Source: Anaeromyxobacter sp.
Lineage (GTDB): Bacteria; Myxococcota; Myxococcia; Myxococcales; Anaeromyxobacteraceae
Direction: 5' to 3'
DNA: 64,000 bases
Assembly (NCBI GenBank): GCA_049840735.1
Contig: JASGJN010000002.1
Coordinates: 193,109 to 257,108, forward strand
In this document: positions 9,602-19,671 of the stretch, one piece after another
How the letters are laid out: each line of letters opens with the position of its first letter
Position numbering within the stretch: the first letter of the stretch is position 1
Translations under genes and position numbers: made by a program
Notes under the pieces: generated by a model
What the model was told of the DNA's origin: nothing
Database searches by the model: none
The model's input: only the letters and a program-made list of their open reading frames with translations

Positions 9602-10723
9602 ATGACGACGCGCGAGGCGGGCGGGGCCGGTCCCCGGGTGGCGGTGGTGGGGTGCGGGCAGATCGCCGACGCGCACCTGCAGGAGGCGCGGCGCGCCGGG
9701 GCCACGGTGGTGGCGGTCTGCGACGCCTGCGGCCCGGTGGCGGAGCAGGCCGCGGCCCGCTTCGGCGTGCCGGCCTGGTACGACGACCTGGACGCGCTGC
9801 TGGAGCGGGAGCGGCCGGAGGTGGTGCACGTCACCACCCCGCCGGCCTCGCACCTGCCGCTGGCCCGCCGCGCGCTGGCGGCCGGCGCGCACGTCTACGT
9901 CGAGAAGCCGGTCACCGTGGACGCCGGCGAGGCCGACGCGCTGGCCGAGGCGGCGCGCCGCGCCGGGCGGGAGGTCTGCGCCGGGCACAACCTGCGCTTC
10001 GACCCGGCCGTGCAGCGCCTCCTGGCGCTCCACCGCGCCGGCGCGCTGGGCGAGATGGTCCACGCCGAGGCGGTCATGGGCTACGACCTGGCCGGCCCGT
10101 TCGGCGCCCTGATCCTGGCCGACCCTGGCCACTGGGTGCACCGGCTGCCGGGCGGCCTGGCCCAGAACAACCTCTCGCACCCGCTCTCGCTGCTCCTGCC
10201 GCTGCTGGGCGACGGGCCGCTGGCGGTCCACGCCGGCGCGGCCCGCCTGCGCCCGCAGCGCACCGGGGACGTCCGCGACCGCTTCCACGACGAGCTGCGG
10301 CTGCAGCTCTCCGGCGAGCGCGCCACCGCCTCGGTGGTCTTCTCCTGCCGCATGCGCCCGGTGCAGCTGGCGCTCTCGGTGCTGGGGACCCGGCGGAGCG
10401 CGCAGGTCTCGCTCGACGCGCGCACGGTCCGGCTGGTGGAGGGCTCGCGCTGGCCCGGGCCGCTCGGCAAGGTGGACTGGGCCCGGCGCGACGCGCTGGC
10501 CGCCGGGCGCGAGGCGCTGGGGCGGGCCGGCGACCTGGCGCGGGCGCGGCTCCACTGGTTCGAGGGGCTGCGGGCGCTGCTGGCCGCGTTCTACGCCAGC
10601 CTGCGCGGCGCGGGCCAGGCCCCGGCGCCGGTGGCCGAGGCGCGGCGCGTGGCGGAGGTGATGGACCGGGCCTTCGCGCAGCTGGAGGGGACCGTCATGA
10701 GGGCGGCGGGGGGCGCGCAGTGA
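9602..10723 (+). CDS. Gfo/Idh/MocA oxidoreductase (ExoF-like)
   Basis: VVGCGQIA Rossmann fold, TTPPASH, HVYVEKP. Confidence 0.9.
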   Translation: MTTREAGGAGPRVAVVGCGQIADAHLQEARRAGATVVAVCDACGPVAEQAAARFGVPAWYDDLDALLERERPEVVHVTTPPASHLPLARRALAAGAHVYVEKPVTVDAGEADALAEAARRAGREVCAGHNLRFDPAVQRLLALHRAGALGEMVHAEAVMGYDLAGPFGALILADPGHWVHRLPGGLAQNNLSHPLSLLLPLLGDGPLAVHAGAARLRPQRTGDVRDRFHDELRLQLSGERATASVVFSCRMRPVQLALSVLGTRRSAQVSLDARTVRLVEGSRWPGPLGKVDWARRDALAAGREALGRAGDLARARLHWFEGLRALLAAFYASLRGAGQAPAPVAEARRVAEVMDRAFAQLEGTVMRAAGGAQ

Positions 10724-11781
10724 GGGTGGTGACGGGGGCGACGGGGTTCCTGGGGGGCGCCCTGGCGGCGCGGCTGGCGCGCGACGGCGGCGGGCCGGTG
10801 CGCTGCCTGGTCCGGCCCGGCACCGCGCCGGAGCGGCTCAGGCGGCTGCAGGCGCTGGGGCCGGCGGTGGAGGTGGTGCCCTGCCGGCTGGACAATCCGG
10901 CCGGGCTGCGCGACGCGCTGCAGGGGGCGGCGGTGCTCCACCACGCCGCCGCCGCCAAGCTGGGTCCGCCGGCGGCGCTGGTGGTGGGGGCCGCGGTGGC
11001 CACCGGCCACCTGTTCCGCGCGGCGCTGGCGGCCGGGGTGGCGCGGGTGGTGCTGGTCAGCTCCTTCAGCGTGCTGGGCGTGGCCGGGCTGGGGCGCGGC
11101 GCGGTGGTGGACGAGCAGGCGCCGCTCGAGCCCCACCCCGAGCGGCGGGACGCCTACTGCTTCGCCAAGCTGCGCCAGGAGCAGCTGGCCTGGCGGCTGG
11201 CGCGGGAGCAGGGGCTGCCGCTGACGGTGGTCCGGCCCGGCGCGGTCTTCGGCGAGGGGCAGCCGCTGCTGGGCTCGCGGCTGGGGCTGCGGCTGGGCGG
11301 CCTGTTCCTGCACCTGGGCGGCCGCTGCCTGGTGCCGCTCACCTACGTGGAGAACTGCGCCGAGGCCATCGCGCTGGCCGGCACCGCGCCGGGCGCGCTG
11401 GGCGCGGCCATCCACGTGGTGGACGACGGCCTGCCCACCAGCCGCGCGCTGCTGGCGCGCTACCGGCGCGAGGTGGAGCCGCTGCGGGTGATCCCCCTCC
11501 CCGGCCCGCTGCTGGGCGCGGCGGCCTGGCTCAACGCCTGGTACAGCGCCCGCACCGCCAACCACCTGCCGCCGGTGCTCACGCCCTACAAGGCGGCCAG
11601 CCTGTGGCGCCCGCTCCGCTACTCCAGCGCGCGCGCCCGGGCGCTGCTGGGCTGGGCGCCGCGCGTCCCCATGGCCGAGGCGCTGGACCGGACCTTCGCG
11701 GCGCTGGCGCGCGCCGCGGCCCCGCCCCGCGCGGCGGAGGCCGGGCCCCCCGCCGCGCCCAGGCTGGAGGTGCGCGCGTGA
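10720..11781 (+). CDS. NAD-dependent epimerase/dehydratase
   Basis: VTGATGFLGG, LVSS, YCFAK (YxxxK), VRPGAVFG. Confidence 0.88.
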   Translation: MRVVTGATGFLGGALAARLARDGGGPVRCLVRPGTAPERLRRLQALGPAVEVVPCRLDNPAGLRDALQGAAVLHHAAAAKLGPPAALVVGAAVATGHLFRAALAAGVARVVLVSSFSVLGVAGLGRGAVVDEQAPLEPHPERRDAYCFAKLRQEQLAWRLAREQGLPLTVVRPGAVFGEGQPLLGSRLGLRLGGLFLHLGGRCLVPLTYVENCAEAIALAGTAPGALGAAIHVVDDGLPTSRALLARYRREVEPLRVIPLPGPLLGAAAWLNAWYSARTANHLPPVLTPYKAASLWRPLRYSSARARALLGWAPRVPMAEALDRTFAALARAAAPPRAAEAGPPAAPRLEVRA

Positions 11782-12947
11782 GCGGACCCACCCGGATCCT
11801 CGTCTTCCAGAACCGCTTCCTGATCGGCGGCCAGGAGCGGCAGACGGTGCTCAACGTCCGGACCATGGACCGGAGCAGGTACGAGCCGCTGGTGGCCTGC
11901 CTCAAGGTGGAGGGCGAGCACCTGGAGGACCTGGCCGCCGCCGGCGTCCGCCCCGGGCTGGTGGACGTGGGCCACCGCATGCTCAGGCCCAACACCGCGC
12001 GGCAGGTCTGGCGCCTGGCGCAGCGGATCAAGGCCGAAGACATCCGGCTGGTGCACGCCCAGGACATCTACACCAACGTGCTGGGGAGCCTGGCCGCGCG
12101 GCTGGCCGGGGTGCCGGTGATCGTCACGCGGGTGGACCTGGGCCACCACATCATGGGCTACCGGCGGCCGCTGACCCGGCTGGCCTGCCGCGCCGCCGAC
12201 CGCGTGCTGGTCAACGCGCTCTGCATCCGCGACCTGGTCATCCGCGAGGGCGTGGCGCCCGACCGCGTGGTGGTCGTCCGCAACGGCGTGGACCTGCCGG
12301 CGCTGGACCAGGCGGTGCGCGACCTCCCCGACCCGGCGCTGCCGCCCGGCGACTGGATCACCTGCGTGGCCAACATGCACCACCCGGTGAAGGGCCAGAC
12401 CGACCTGCTGGCGGCGCTGCGGGAGGTGCTGCGCCAGCGCCCCTCGGCGCGCCTGCTGCTGGTGGGCGACGGCGTGCGCCGGCCTGCGCTGGAGCGGCTG
12501 GCCGGGCAGCTGGGGGTGGCCGGGCGCGTCCTGTTCGCCGGCTTCCGCCGCGACGGGCCGGCGCTGCTGGCCCGCAGCGCCGTGGCGGTCTCGGCCAGCC
12601 ACGCCGAGGGGATCTCCAACTCGATCCTGGAGGCCATGGCGCTGCGGCTGCCGGTGGTGGCCACCGCCGTGGGGGGCACGCCCGAGCTGGTCCGCGACGG
12701 CGTGAACGGGTTCCTGGTGCCGCCCGGCGCGCCCGGCGCCCTGGCGCGCCGCCTGCTGGACGCGCTGGCCGACCCGCGCCGCGCCCGGCGGATGGGCGCG
12801 CGCGGGCGGCGCATCGTGGAGGCCGAGTTCGACGTCCGGCAGATGCGGATCGGCTACGACGCGCTCTACGACGCGCTGGCGGCCCACCCGGTGCCACGGC
12901 TCATGGCGGGCCAGGCGGCGCCGGAGCCGGCGCGGGCGCGGGGTTGA
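11778..12947 (+). CDS. Glycosyltransferase family 4
   Basis: GGQERQ, KGQTDLL, SHAEGISNSILEAMA.RLPVVAT.VGG. Confidence 0.93.
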   Translation: MSGPTRILVFQNRFLIGGQERQTVLNVRTMDRSRYEPLVACLKVEGEHLEDLAAAGVRPGLVDVGHRMLRPNTARQVWRLAQRIKAEDIRLVHAQDIYTNVLGSLAARLAGVPVIVTRVDLGHHIMGYRRPLTRLACRAADRVLVNALCIRDLVIREGVAPDRVVVVRNGVDLPALDQAVRDLPDPALPPGDWITCVANMHHPVKGQTDLLAALREVLRQRPSARLLLVGDGVRRPALERLAGQLGVAGRVLFAGFRRDGPALLARSAVAVSASHAEGISNSILEAMALRLPVVATAVGGTPELVRDGVNGFLVPPGAPGALARRLLDALADPRRARRMGARGRRIVEAEFDVRQMRIGYDALYDALAAHPVPRLMAGQAAPEPARARG

Positions 12948-12953
12948 GCGGCG

Positions 12954-13973
12954 CTACCGCGCCCCGTACTGCCGCTCGTAGTAGCTCCGGTACTCGCCGG
13001 AGATGATCCGCTCCCACCAGGGCCGGTGGTCGCGGTACCAGGCCACCGTGTCCGCGAGCGCCTCCTCGAAGCGCCGGCGCGGGGCCCAGCCCAGCTCGCG
13101 CTGCGACCTGGCCGCGTCGATGGCGTAGCGCCGGTCGTGGCCGGGCCGGTCCTTGACGTAGGTGATGAGCGAGCGCGGCTTGCCCAGCAGGTCGAGCACG
13201 CCGTGCACGATCTCGAGGTTCCGCTTCTCGCTGGCCGCGCCGAAGTTGTAGACCCGCCCGGCCTGCCCGTCCTCGAGCGCCGCCAGCAGGCCGCGGCAGT
13301 GGTCCTCCACGTGGATCCAGTCGCGCACGTTCTGCCCGTCGCCGTACACCGGCAGCGGCAGGTCCCGCAGCGCGTTGGCGATCATGAGCGGGATGAGCTT
13401 CTCCGGGAACTGGTAGGGCCCGTAGTTGTTGGAGCAGCGCGAGACCACCACCGGCAGGCCGAAGGTGTGGGCGTAGGCCAGCGCCAGCAGGTCGCTGCCC
13501 GCCTTGGAGGCCGAGTACGGGGACGAGGGCGAAAGCGGCGTCTCCTCGGTGAAGAAGCCGGTGGGCCCCAGCGAGCCGTAGACCTCGTCGGTGGAGACGT
13601 GCAGGAAGCGCTTCACGCCGCGCTCGCGGGCCGCCTCCAGCAGCACCTGGGTGCCGCGCACGTTGGTGTCGATGAAGACGCTGGGGGCCAGGATGGAGCG
13701 GTCCACGTGGCTCTCGGCCGCCAGGTGCATCACCGCGTCGACGGCCTCCTCGGCCATGACGCTGGCCACGGTGGCCCCGTCGCAGATGTCGGCCCGGACG
13801 AAGCGGTAGCGCGGGTGGTCGGCCAGGTCCGCCAGGTTCTCGGCGTTGCCGGCGTAGGTCAGCTTGTCGAGGTTGACGATGCGCCAGGACGGGCGCTCGG
13901 CCAGCAGCAGCCGGACCAGGTTCGAGCCGATGAAGCCGGCGCCGCCGGTGACCAGGACGTTCACGTCGCGCAC
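12954..13973 (-). CDS. rfbB: dTDP-glucose 4,6-dehydratase
   Basis: TGGAGFIGSN, DKLTYAGN, AAESHVDRS, STDEVYG, PYSASKA, DRPGHDRRY. Confidence 0.97.
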   Translation of the reverse strand: MRDVNVLVTGGAGFIGSNLVRLLLAERPSWRIVNLDKLTYAGNAENLADLADHPRYRFVRADICDGATVASVMAEEAVDAVMHLAAESHVDRSILAPSVFIDTNVRGTQVLLEAARERGVKRFLHVSTDEVYGSLGPTGFFTEETPLSPSSPYSASKAGSDLLALAYAHTFGLPVVVSRCSNNYGPYQFPEKLIPLMIANALRDLPLPVYGDGQNVRDWIHVEDHCRGLLAALEDGQAGRVYNFGAASEKRNLEIVHGVLDLLGKPRSLITYVKDRPGHDRRYAIDAARSQRELGWAPRRRFEEALADTVAWYRDHRPWWERIISGEYRSYYERQYGAR

Positions 13974-14102
13974 CTCGAGGCGGGAGCACCCCGCGCGGCC
14001 GGCACCGGGAGGGTGCCGCGCCGCGGGGACTCTACCACGCCGCCCGGGCGCGGGCCGCGCCGCCCGGCGCCGGGCTGGCCGGCCGCCGGACGGCAGCGCT
14101 GC

Positions 14103-15506
14103 CTACTGCGCGCCGCGGGAGGTGAGCACCGCGGGGATGGTCTTGAGGCAGATCTGGATGTCGGTCCAGAGCGACCACTTGTCGATGTACTCGAGGTCCA
14201 GCTCCATCCAGCGGTCGAAGTCGATGTTGTTGCGGCCGCTGATCTGCCACACGCAGGTGATGCCCGGCTTCACCGAGAGGCGGCGGCGCTGCCACCGCTT
14301 GTACTGCTTCACCTCGGCGGGGATGGGCGGGCGCGGGCCGACGATGCTCATCTCGCCCCGCAGCACGTTCCAGAACTGGGGGAACTCGTCCAGCGAGGTC
14401 TTGCGGATGAACCGGCCCATGGGCGTGACGCGCGGGTCGTTCTTCATCTTGAAGACCGGGCCGCTCATCTCGTTCTGGGCCTTGAGCGACTCGAGGCGGG
14501 CCTCGGCGTCGGTGTACATGGAGCGGAACTTCAGGATGTTGAAGGTCCGGCCGTGCAGCCCCACCCGCTTCTGCCGGAAGAACACGGGGCCGCGGGAGTC
14601 GATGCGGATGGCGAGCGCCAGGCCGGCCAGCACCGGCGACAGGATGAGGAGCACCGAGGCGCTCACCACGATGTCGAAGGCGCGCTTGGCCAGCAGGGCC
14701 AGCTCGTCGGTCGGGGTGCGGGTCAGCGCCAGCATGGGCATGCCGTTCATCTCGCCCACCGACATCCGCGAGCTGCCGAAGCGGAGCACGTCGAGCGCGA
14801 TCATCACCGACACGCCCTGCTCCTCGCAGACCTCGACCGCCTCCTCGATGGCCGAGAGCCGCTCGCGCGGCACCGCGAAGACCACGTCGTCCAGCACGTG
14901 CTCCTCGAGGATGGCGCCCAGGTCCGCCAGGCGGCCCAGGATCACGCAGTCGGGATCGGCCGGCGTGGCGCCGTCCTCGAGCACGTAGCCGGCCAGCTTC
15001 ATGCCCCACTGCGGGTGCTGGCGGACGTTGTCGATGAACTCGGAGGCGAGCGAGCCCGAGCCGACCACGGCGTAGTAGCGGACGCGGCCGGAGTTGGCGC
15101 CGGCGGCGCGCGCCACCCAGGCGATGACCAGGCGGCTCGCCACCATCAGGCCGTAGGCGAGGCCGAAGTACATGGCCGTCATCAGCCGCGACGTCTCCTG
15201 GTACTTGGAGAAGAAGACGCCCGCCGCGATGGCCAGCGCCACCAGCGCCATGGAGCGCCCGGCCCGGACGATCTCGTTCCAGACCGAGTGCGGCCGCGCG
15301 TCGTACACGCGGTGCAGCCAGGCCGCGGCGCCCCACAGCAGCACCACGACCAGCAGCGGCAGCCAGAAGTGGTCGAGCGGGGCCAGCCGGTGGTCAGGCC
15401 GGAGGTGCTGGTAGGCGGCGTAGGCGCCCGGCAGCGAGAGCGTCAGGGCCGCGAAGTCGACGAGCCGGACGGCCGCCTCGGTCGGCCGCGCGTTGTGTCT
15501 CAGCAT
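14103..15506 (-). CDS. Polyprenyl-phosphate priming sugar transferase (WbaP/WcaJ/ExoE-like)
   Basis: N-terminal TM helices; KRAFDI, KFRSM, DPRVT, SLDEFPQFWNVLRGEMSIVGPRP, KPGIT. Confidence 0.95.
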   Translation of the reverse strand: MLRHNARPTEAAVRLVDFAALTLSLPGAYAAYQHLRPDHRLAPLDHFWLPLLVVVLLWGAAAWLHRVYDARPHSVWNEIVRAGRSMALVALAIAAGVFFSKYQETSRLMTAMYFGLAYGLMVASRLVIAWVARAAGANSGRVRYYAVVGSGSLASEFIDNVRQHPQWGMKLAGYVLEDGATPADPDCVILGRLADLGAILEEHVLDDVVFAVPRERLSAIEEAVEVCEEQGVSVMIALDVLRFGSSRMSVGEMNGMPMLALTRTPTDELALLAKRAFDIVVSASVLLILSPVLAGLALAIRIDSRGPVFFRQKRVGLHGRTFNILKFRSMYTDAEARLESLKAQNEMSGPVFKMKNDPRVTPMGRFIRKTSLDEFPQFWNVLRGEMSIVGPRPPIPAEVKQYKRWQRRRLSVKPGITCVWQISGRNNIDFDRWMELDLEYIDKWSLWTDIQICLKTIPAVLTSRGAQ

Positions 15507-16002
15507 TCGTGTGGCTCCCCGGTGGACAGCGTCGGGCTGATCACTACAGCGGCGCCGTGAGCGGCGGTATCAACGGGTCGTGGGTCAGACGAGCGGGTGA
15601 CGCAGGAAGGGGTCACGACCTCATGGCACATGGTGTTCACCGACCGCCAACCTCCGTCCGGTCCCGATCCCGGGCCGTGCTCCGGGGATCCTCCCCGGCA
15701 GCTGCGTGTGACGCGCACACTTATCCACGGCGTGGGCGCCGCGCGCGTACCGGGACCGTGGGACCGTGTCGTGGCGCCACGCACGGCCAGTGAGATTCGG
15801 GGTGCCTGCACCTCGAACGCGGGACGCATTCTTCACGCTCAGGAAACCCCGACCCCCGGATCGCGCCCTGCCGCGCACGACCCGGCCGAGCGCACCCCCT
15901 CTGGACCGCTGCGCGCCTCGCGCAGGGCCCTACCATTCGGCCTTCTCTGCTACACCTGAACCGTCACCGGGACGGCCCCGCCGCCCAGGTCCGGAGGGTT
16001 CC

Positions 16003-16656
16003 ATGGAAGAGCTTCACCGCAGCGCCACGCCCGCCCCCGACCGCGCCAGGCGGCTCCCCGCGGCCCGCTGCACGCTGCTGGCCCTCGCCGGCCTCGCCCT
16101 CGCGGCCGCCTGCACACCCAGGGGAACCTTCGTCCGCGCCGAGGACCTCCCCGCCGACGCTCCCGAGACGGAGTACCGGATCGCGGTGGGCGACGTGCTG
16201 GGGGTGCGGGTGTGGAACCAGGAGTCCATGTCCACCAACCACGCCCGCGTCCGCGAGGACGGGCGCATCTCGGTCCCCTTCCTCCAGGACGTGGAGGCGG
16301 TCGGGCTCACCACCAGCGAGCTCGCGGCCCGCCTCCAGAGCAAGCTGCGCAGCCTGCTCAACAGCCCGGTGGTCACGGTGACGCTGGAGGACGCGCGCCC
16401 GGTCCGCGTTTCGGTGATGGGCGAGGTGGCCCGGTCCGGCCAGTACGATCTGGACCAGGGCGCGGGCGTGCTGGCGGCGCTGGCGGCGGCGGGCGGCCTC
16501 ACCGAGTACGCGCACCGCGACGAGATCTACGTGCTCCGCTCCTCGGGCGGCCAGAAGGCGCCGCTCCGCATCCGCTTCGGCTACGGCGCGCTCTCCCGCG
16601 GCGAGAAGCAGGCGGCCTTCCGGCTGCGGGCCGGCGACGTGGTCGTGGTGGAGTGA
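16003..16656 (+). CDS. Short OPX/Wza-type polysaccharide export lipoprotein
   Basis: Lipobox LAAAC; YRIAVGDVL..VREDGRISVP (Poly_export); SLBB; ends LRAGDVVVVE without an OM helix. Confidence 0.9.
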   Translation: MEELHRSATPAPDRARRLPAARCTLLALAGLALAAACTPRGTFVRAEDLPADAPETEYRIAVGDVLGVRVWNQESMSTNHARVREDGRISVPFLQDVEAVGLTTSELAARLQSKLRSLLNSPVVTVTLEDARPVRVSVMGEVARSGQYDLDQGAGVLAALAAAGGLTEYAHRDEIYVLRSSGGQKAPLRIRFGYGALSRGEKQAAFRLRAGDVVVVE

Positions 16657-16659
16657 GGC

Positions 16660-17850
16660 GTGGGCGCCGCGCTGGCCCTGCTGGTGGCGTGTGCCCTCGG
16701 GGCGCCCGACCTCGAGGCGCGGGCCGCGCTGCGCGCCGAGGTCAGCGAGCGGCGCTACGATCCGGAGGAGGGCGACGCCCGCCGCACGGACCAGCTGCTC
16801 CTGCACCCCGACCTGCAGGCGGACCTGGTCGGCCCCGACGCGCGGCTGGGGCTGGCCTACCGGCCGCGCATCGCGTTCATCAAGACCGCCGGGCTGCCCG
16901 ACCAGCGCGAGGTGCTCCACGACGGCGCCGCGCGCCTCACGCTGCTGGCGGCGAGGCCCTGGCGGATCACGCTCGAGGCCACCGGCGCCCTGGGGCGGAC
17001 CGACCTGGTGACGCAGTTCCGCCCCGGCACCGGCGGGGGCGGGACCGGGGGCGGGACGGGCGGCGAGCCGCCCCCGGTGGTCACCACCACCAGCGTGGTG
17101 GACTACCAGAACGCCTCGCTCATCCTGTCGCTGGCCGGCCCGGCGGGGCGCGCCAGCGACCTGTCCCTCGACCTCACCGCCCACACCGACGGCGGCGCCA
17201 CCGCCGAGGCGCGCCAGTCCATGCCCACGCAGCGCACCGCCGAGGCGCGCGCGCTCTGGATCAGGCGGATCACGCCCCGGGACGGCGTCGAGCTGCGGGC
17301 GGACGCGCTCTGGGCCGAGCTGCCGGACCTCGACACCCGCTCGGCCACCGGCACGGGCGTCCTCACCTGGACCCACCGCTTCTCGCGGACCTGGGACGGC
17401 CGGGCCGGGGCCGGGGCCGTGGGCGGCTGGTTCGACCTGGCGGACGAGACCACCAGCGACGTCTACCCCGCCGGCGAGCTGGGGCTCTCGCACCGCTCCG
17501 CCGATCTCCGCGCCGGCCAGGACCTGCGGGTGCGCCTCGGCGCCGGCATCGACCGGCTCACCGGCGAGGTCGCGCCCGAGCAGACCTTCGAGCTCACCGC
17601 CCGGTGGCGGCTGGGGGAGTCCTTCGGCCTCTCGGCGCTGGTGGCCGGCGGCCTGGCGCAGCAGGAGCTGGGCGACACGCGGCGCGGCAACGCCGAGGTG
17701 CGCGGCACCTGGGAGGTCCACCGCCTGGTGGAGCTGGACCTGGGCCTGTTCGGCCAGGCGCAGCGCGCCAACCGGATCACCCTCCCCAGCTTCGACGAAT
17801 GGGGCGCCTACCTGGGCGCCACGCTCCGCACGCCGGTCGGCGTCTGGTGA
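16660..17850 (+). CDS. Putative outer-membrane beta-barrel partner of the OPX (ExoB/EpsX-like)
   Basis: Signal peptide, amphipathic strands, C-terminal W; 3 nt after the short OPX. Confidence 0.65.
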   Translation: MGAALALLVACALGAPDLEARAALRAEVSERRYDPEEGDARRTDQLLLHPDLQADLVGPDARLGLAYRPRIAFIKTAGLPDQREVLHDGAARLTLLAARPWRITLEATGALGRTDLVTQFRPGTGGGGTGGGTGGEPPPVVTTTSVVDYQNASLILSLAGPAGRASDLSLDLTAHTDGGATAEARQSMPTQRTAEARALWIRRITPRDGVELRADALWAELPDLDTRSATGTGVLTWTHRFSRTWDGRAGAGAVGGWFDLADETTSDVYPAGELGLSHRSADLRAGQDLRVRLGAGIDRLTGEVAPEQTFELTARWRLGESFGLSALVAGGLAQQELGDTRRGNAEVRGTWEVHRLVELDLGLFGQAQRANRITLPSFDEWGAYLGATLRTPVGVW

Positions 17851-18558
17851 TCAGCGCCCGCGGGTGAGCTGGGAGCGCAGCTCCGGCGCGAACCAGCCGC
17901 CGGGCGCCGGCCGCGGCCCCTCGCCCTGCTTGACGCACAGGAGCTCCAGCCGCCCGCCCTGCACCCGCACGTCGAGGCGATCGCGCCAGGAGGCCACCGC
18001 GCCGGTGGCCCGGGCCGAGCTCGTATACCAGACCCCCTCGGCCAGGCGCGCCGGAAGGCGGATCCCCCAGGACCGGTCCGGCCCCAGGGCCAGGATCCGG
18101 CGCACCATCACCTGCGCGGCCGCCCCCTCCGCCACGTCCACGCCCGGGTCGGCCACGCGCACCAGCGTGAAGCTGGGAGCGTCCAGGACCTCGAGCCGGG
18201 CCACCGCCATCTCGTAGGTCGCCAGCACCAGGTCCGGCGCGCCGTCGCCGGCCGCGCGCGCCGACAGCAGCACCGTCTCGGCCCGCCGCGGGGACGCCTC
18301 GGGGCGGAAGAAGCGATCCCACCAGGCGCCCAGGTCGCCGAGCGTCGGCCCCAGGCTGGCCGGCGCCGCCAGCGGCACGAAGGCCTCCGGGGGCAGCCGG
18401 GCCGCCGGCTCCACCGTGGCCTCGAGCCCTCCCGCCGGGCGCTGCTGCCGCCCCTCCTCGCGCGCCGGCCCCGCGCAGGCCAGCCCGAGGGCGCAGGCCA
18501 CCACCGCCACGCCCGGAGCGATCGGGGATACCCTGAACCGGGGACGTCGTCGCGACAT
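17851..18558 (-). CDS. Hypothetical lipoprotein
   Basis: Basic N-terminus plus LGLAC lipobox; abuts the barrel gene convergently. Confidence 0.5.
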   Translation of the reverse strand: MSRRRPRFRVSPIAPGVAVVACALGLACAGPAREEGRQQRPAGGLEATVEPAARLPPEAFVPLAAPASLGPTLGDLGAWWDRFFRPEASPRRAETVLLSARAAGDGAPDLVLATYEMAVARLEVLDAPSFTLVRVADPGVDVAEGAAAQVMVRRILALGPDRSWGIRLPARLAEGVWYTSSARATGAVASWRDRLDVRVQGGRLELLCVKQGEGPRPAPGGWFAPELRSQLTRGR

Positions 18559-18818
18559 CCCACGAACGTAGACCATCGCCGGCCCATGAGGGCGCGAAAA
18601 GCGGCCGGCTGGCCTGCCGGGTGCGCCCCTCCGACAGGCCAGGCTCCCGGGGCACGCTTGCGGCCGTGCGCCGCAGTCACCACCCCATTACCCGAGGGAA
18701 GTCGCCAGCGTCAGGAAGCGCCGCCCCGGGGCCGCGTCCCTGTTTCGCCCTGCTTGACCCTTCCTTGCGAACGGTCCTCTATTGTGGCGGGGAGACCGGA
18801 GCCGACTCCGGATCGTGC

Positions 18819-19532
18819 ATGAGCAAATCGTCCAAGGTGTTCGCGAAGGAAGGGGACGGGCCGCAGCCGTCGGCGGCCGTGGCCTCCGAGCTCATCGAGT
18901 TCTGGAGCGCCCTGTCCAAGCGGACCTGGACCAGCCTGCTGCTCCTTCCCACGGATCCGGACGGGTCCACGGCGGAGATGGCGAAGAAGCTCGCCGACGT
19001 GGGCCGGCTCCTCAGCTTCGATCCGGTCACCGCGGTGACCACGCCCACGCTCGAGTTCGGCTCGGCGCTGGCGCTCGTCGACCTGCAGCGCCACGCCCGA
19101 GGCGTCCAGCCGCTGGCCGCCAGCGGCGCGCGGGCGCCGCTCATCGACGTGACGCCGCACCCGCACGCCGCCGCGCCCGCGCAGCACCCGCACCCGCCGC
19201 CGCACCCCCACCCCCCGCCGCCCGGCGCCCAGGCCGCCCCGAACCCGGCCGGCGGCGGTCCGGCCGCCGCGCCGCGGGTCGAGGGCGCGAAGGAGCACGG
19301 CGTGCAGCCGGTGCCCGCAGCGAAGAACCAGGCCATCGCCCTCGCCTCCACCTCCCGGCTCATCCTCTCCATCCCGCCGGTGATCGTGGAGCCGCTGGGC
19401 ATCCCGGCGGCGCACGAGGCCGACGTGGTGGTCCTGGCCGTCCACCGCGCGCGCTCGCGCCTCGCGAACGTCCGGCGCACCATCGAGCTGGTGGGGCGGG
19501 AGCGGATCCTCGGCTGCTACTTCGTCGCGTGA
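18819..19532 (+). CDS. Degenerate BY-kinase-like protein (ExoD/Wze-like)
   Basis: WTSLLLLP..., LILSIPPVIVEP.GIPAAHEADVVVLAV...TIELVGRERILG resembles the CapB/Wze fold; no Walker A; context. Confidence 0.65.
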   Translation: MSKSSKVFAKEGDGPQPSAAVASELIEFWSALSKRTWTSLLLLPTDPDGSTAEMAKKLADVGRLLSFDPVTAVTTPTLEFGSALALVDLQRHARGVQPLAASGARAPLIDVTPHPHAAAPAQHPHPPPHPHPPPPGAQAAPNPAGGGPAAAPRVEGAKEHGVQPVPAAKNQAIALASTSRLILSIPPVIVEPLGIPAAHEADVVVLAVHRARSRLANVRRTIELVGRERILGCYFVA

Positions 19533-19671
19533 AATCGCCACACACCCCACCAAGGGCAAGAACGCAAGCGCCGCGGGCGTCCATGCTCTGCCACCCTCTC
19601 GCTCCTGTCGGGGCGCAGCCAGCGTCCGAACCGCCAGTCCACCGGGACGCCAGCCCCGGAGCCCCGTGACG

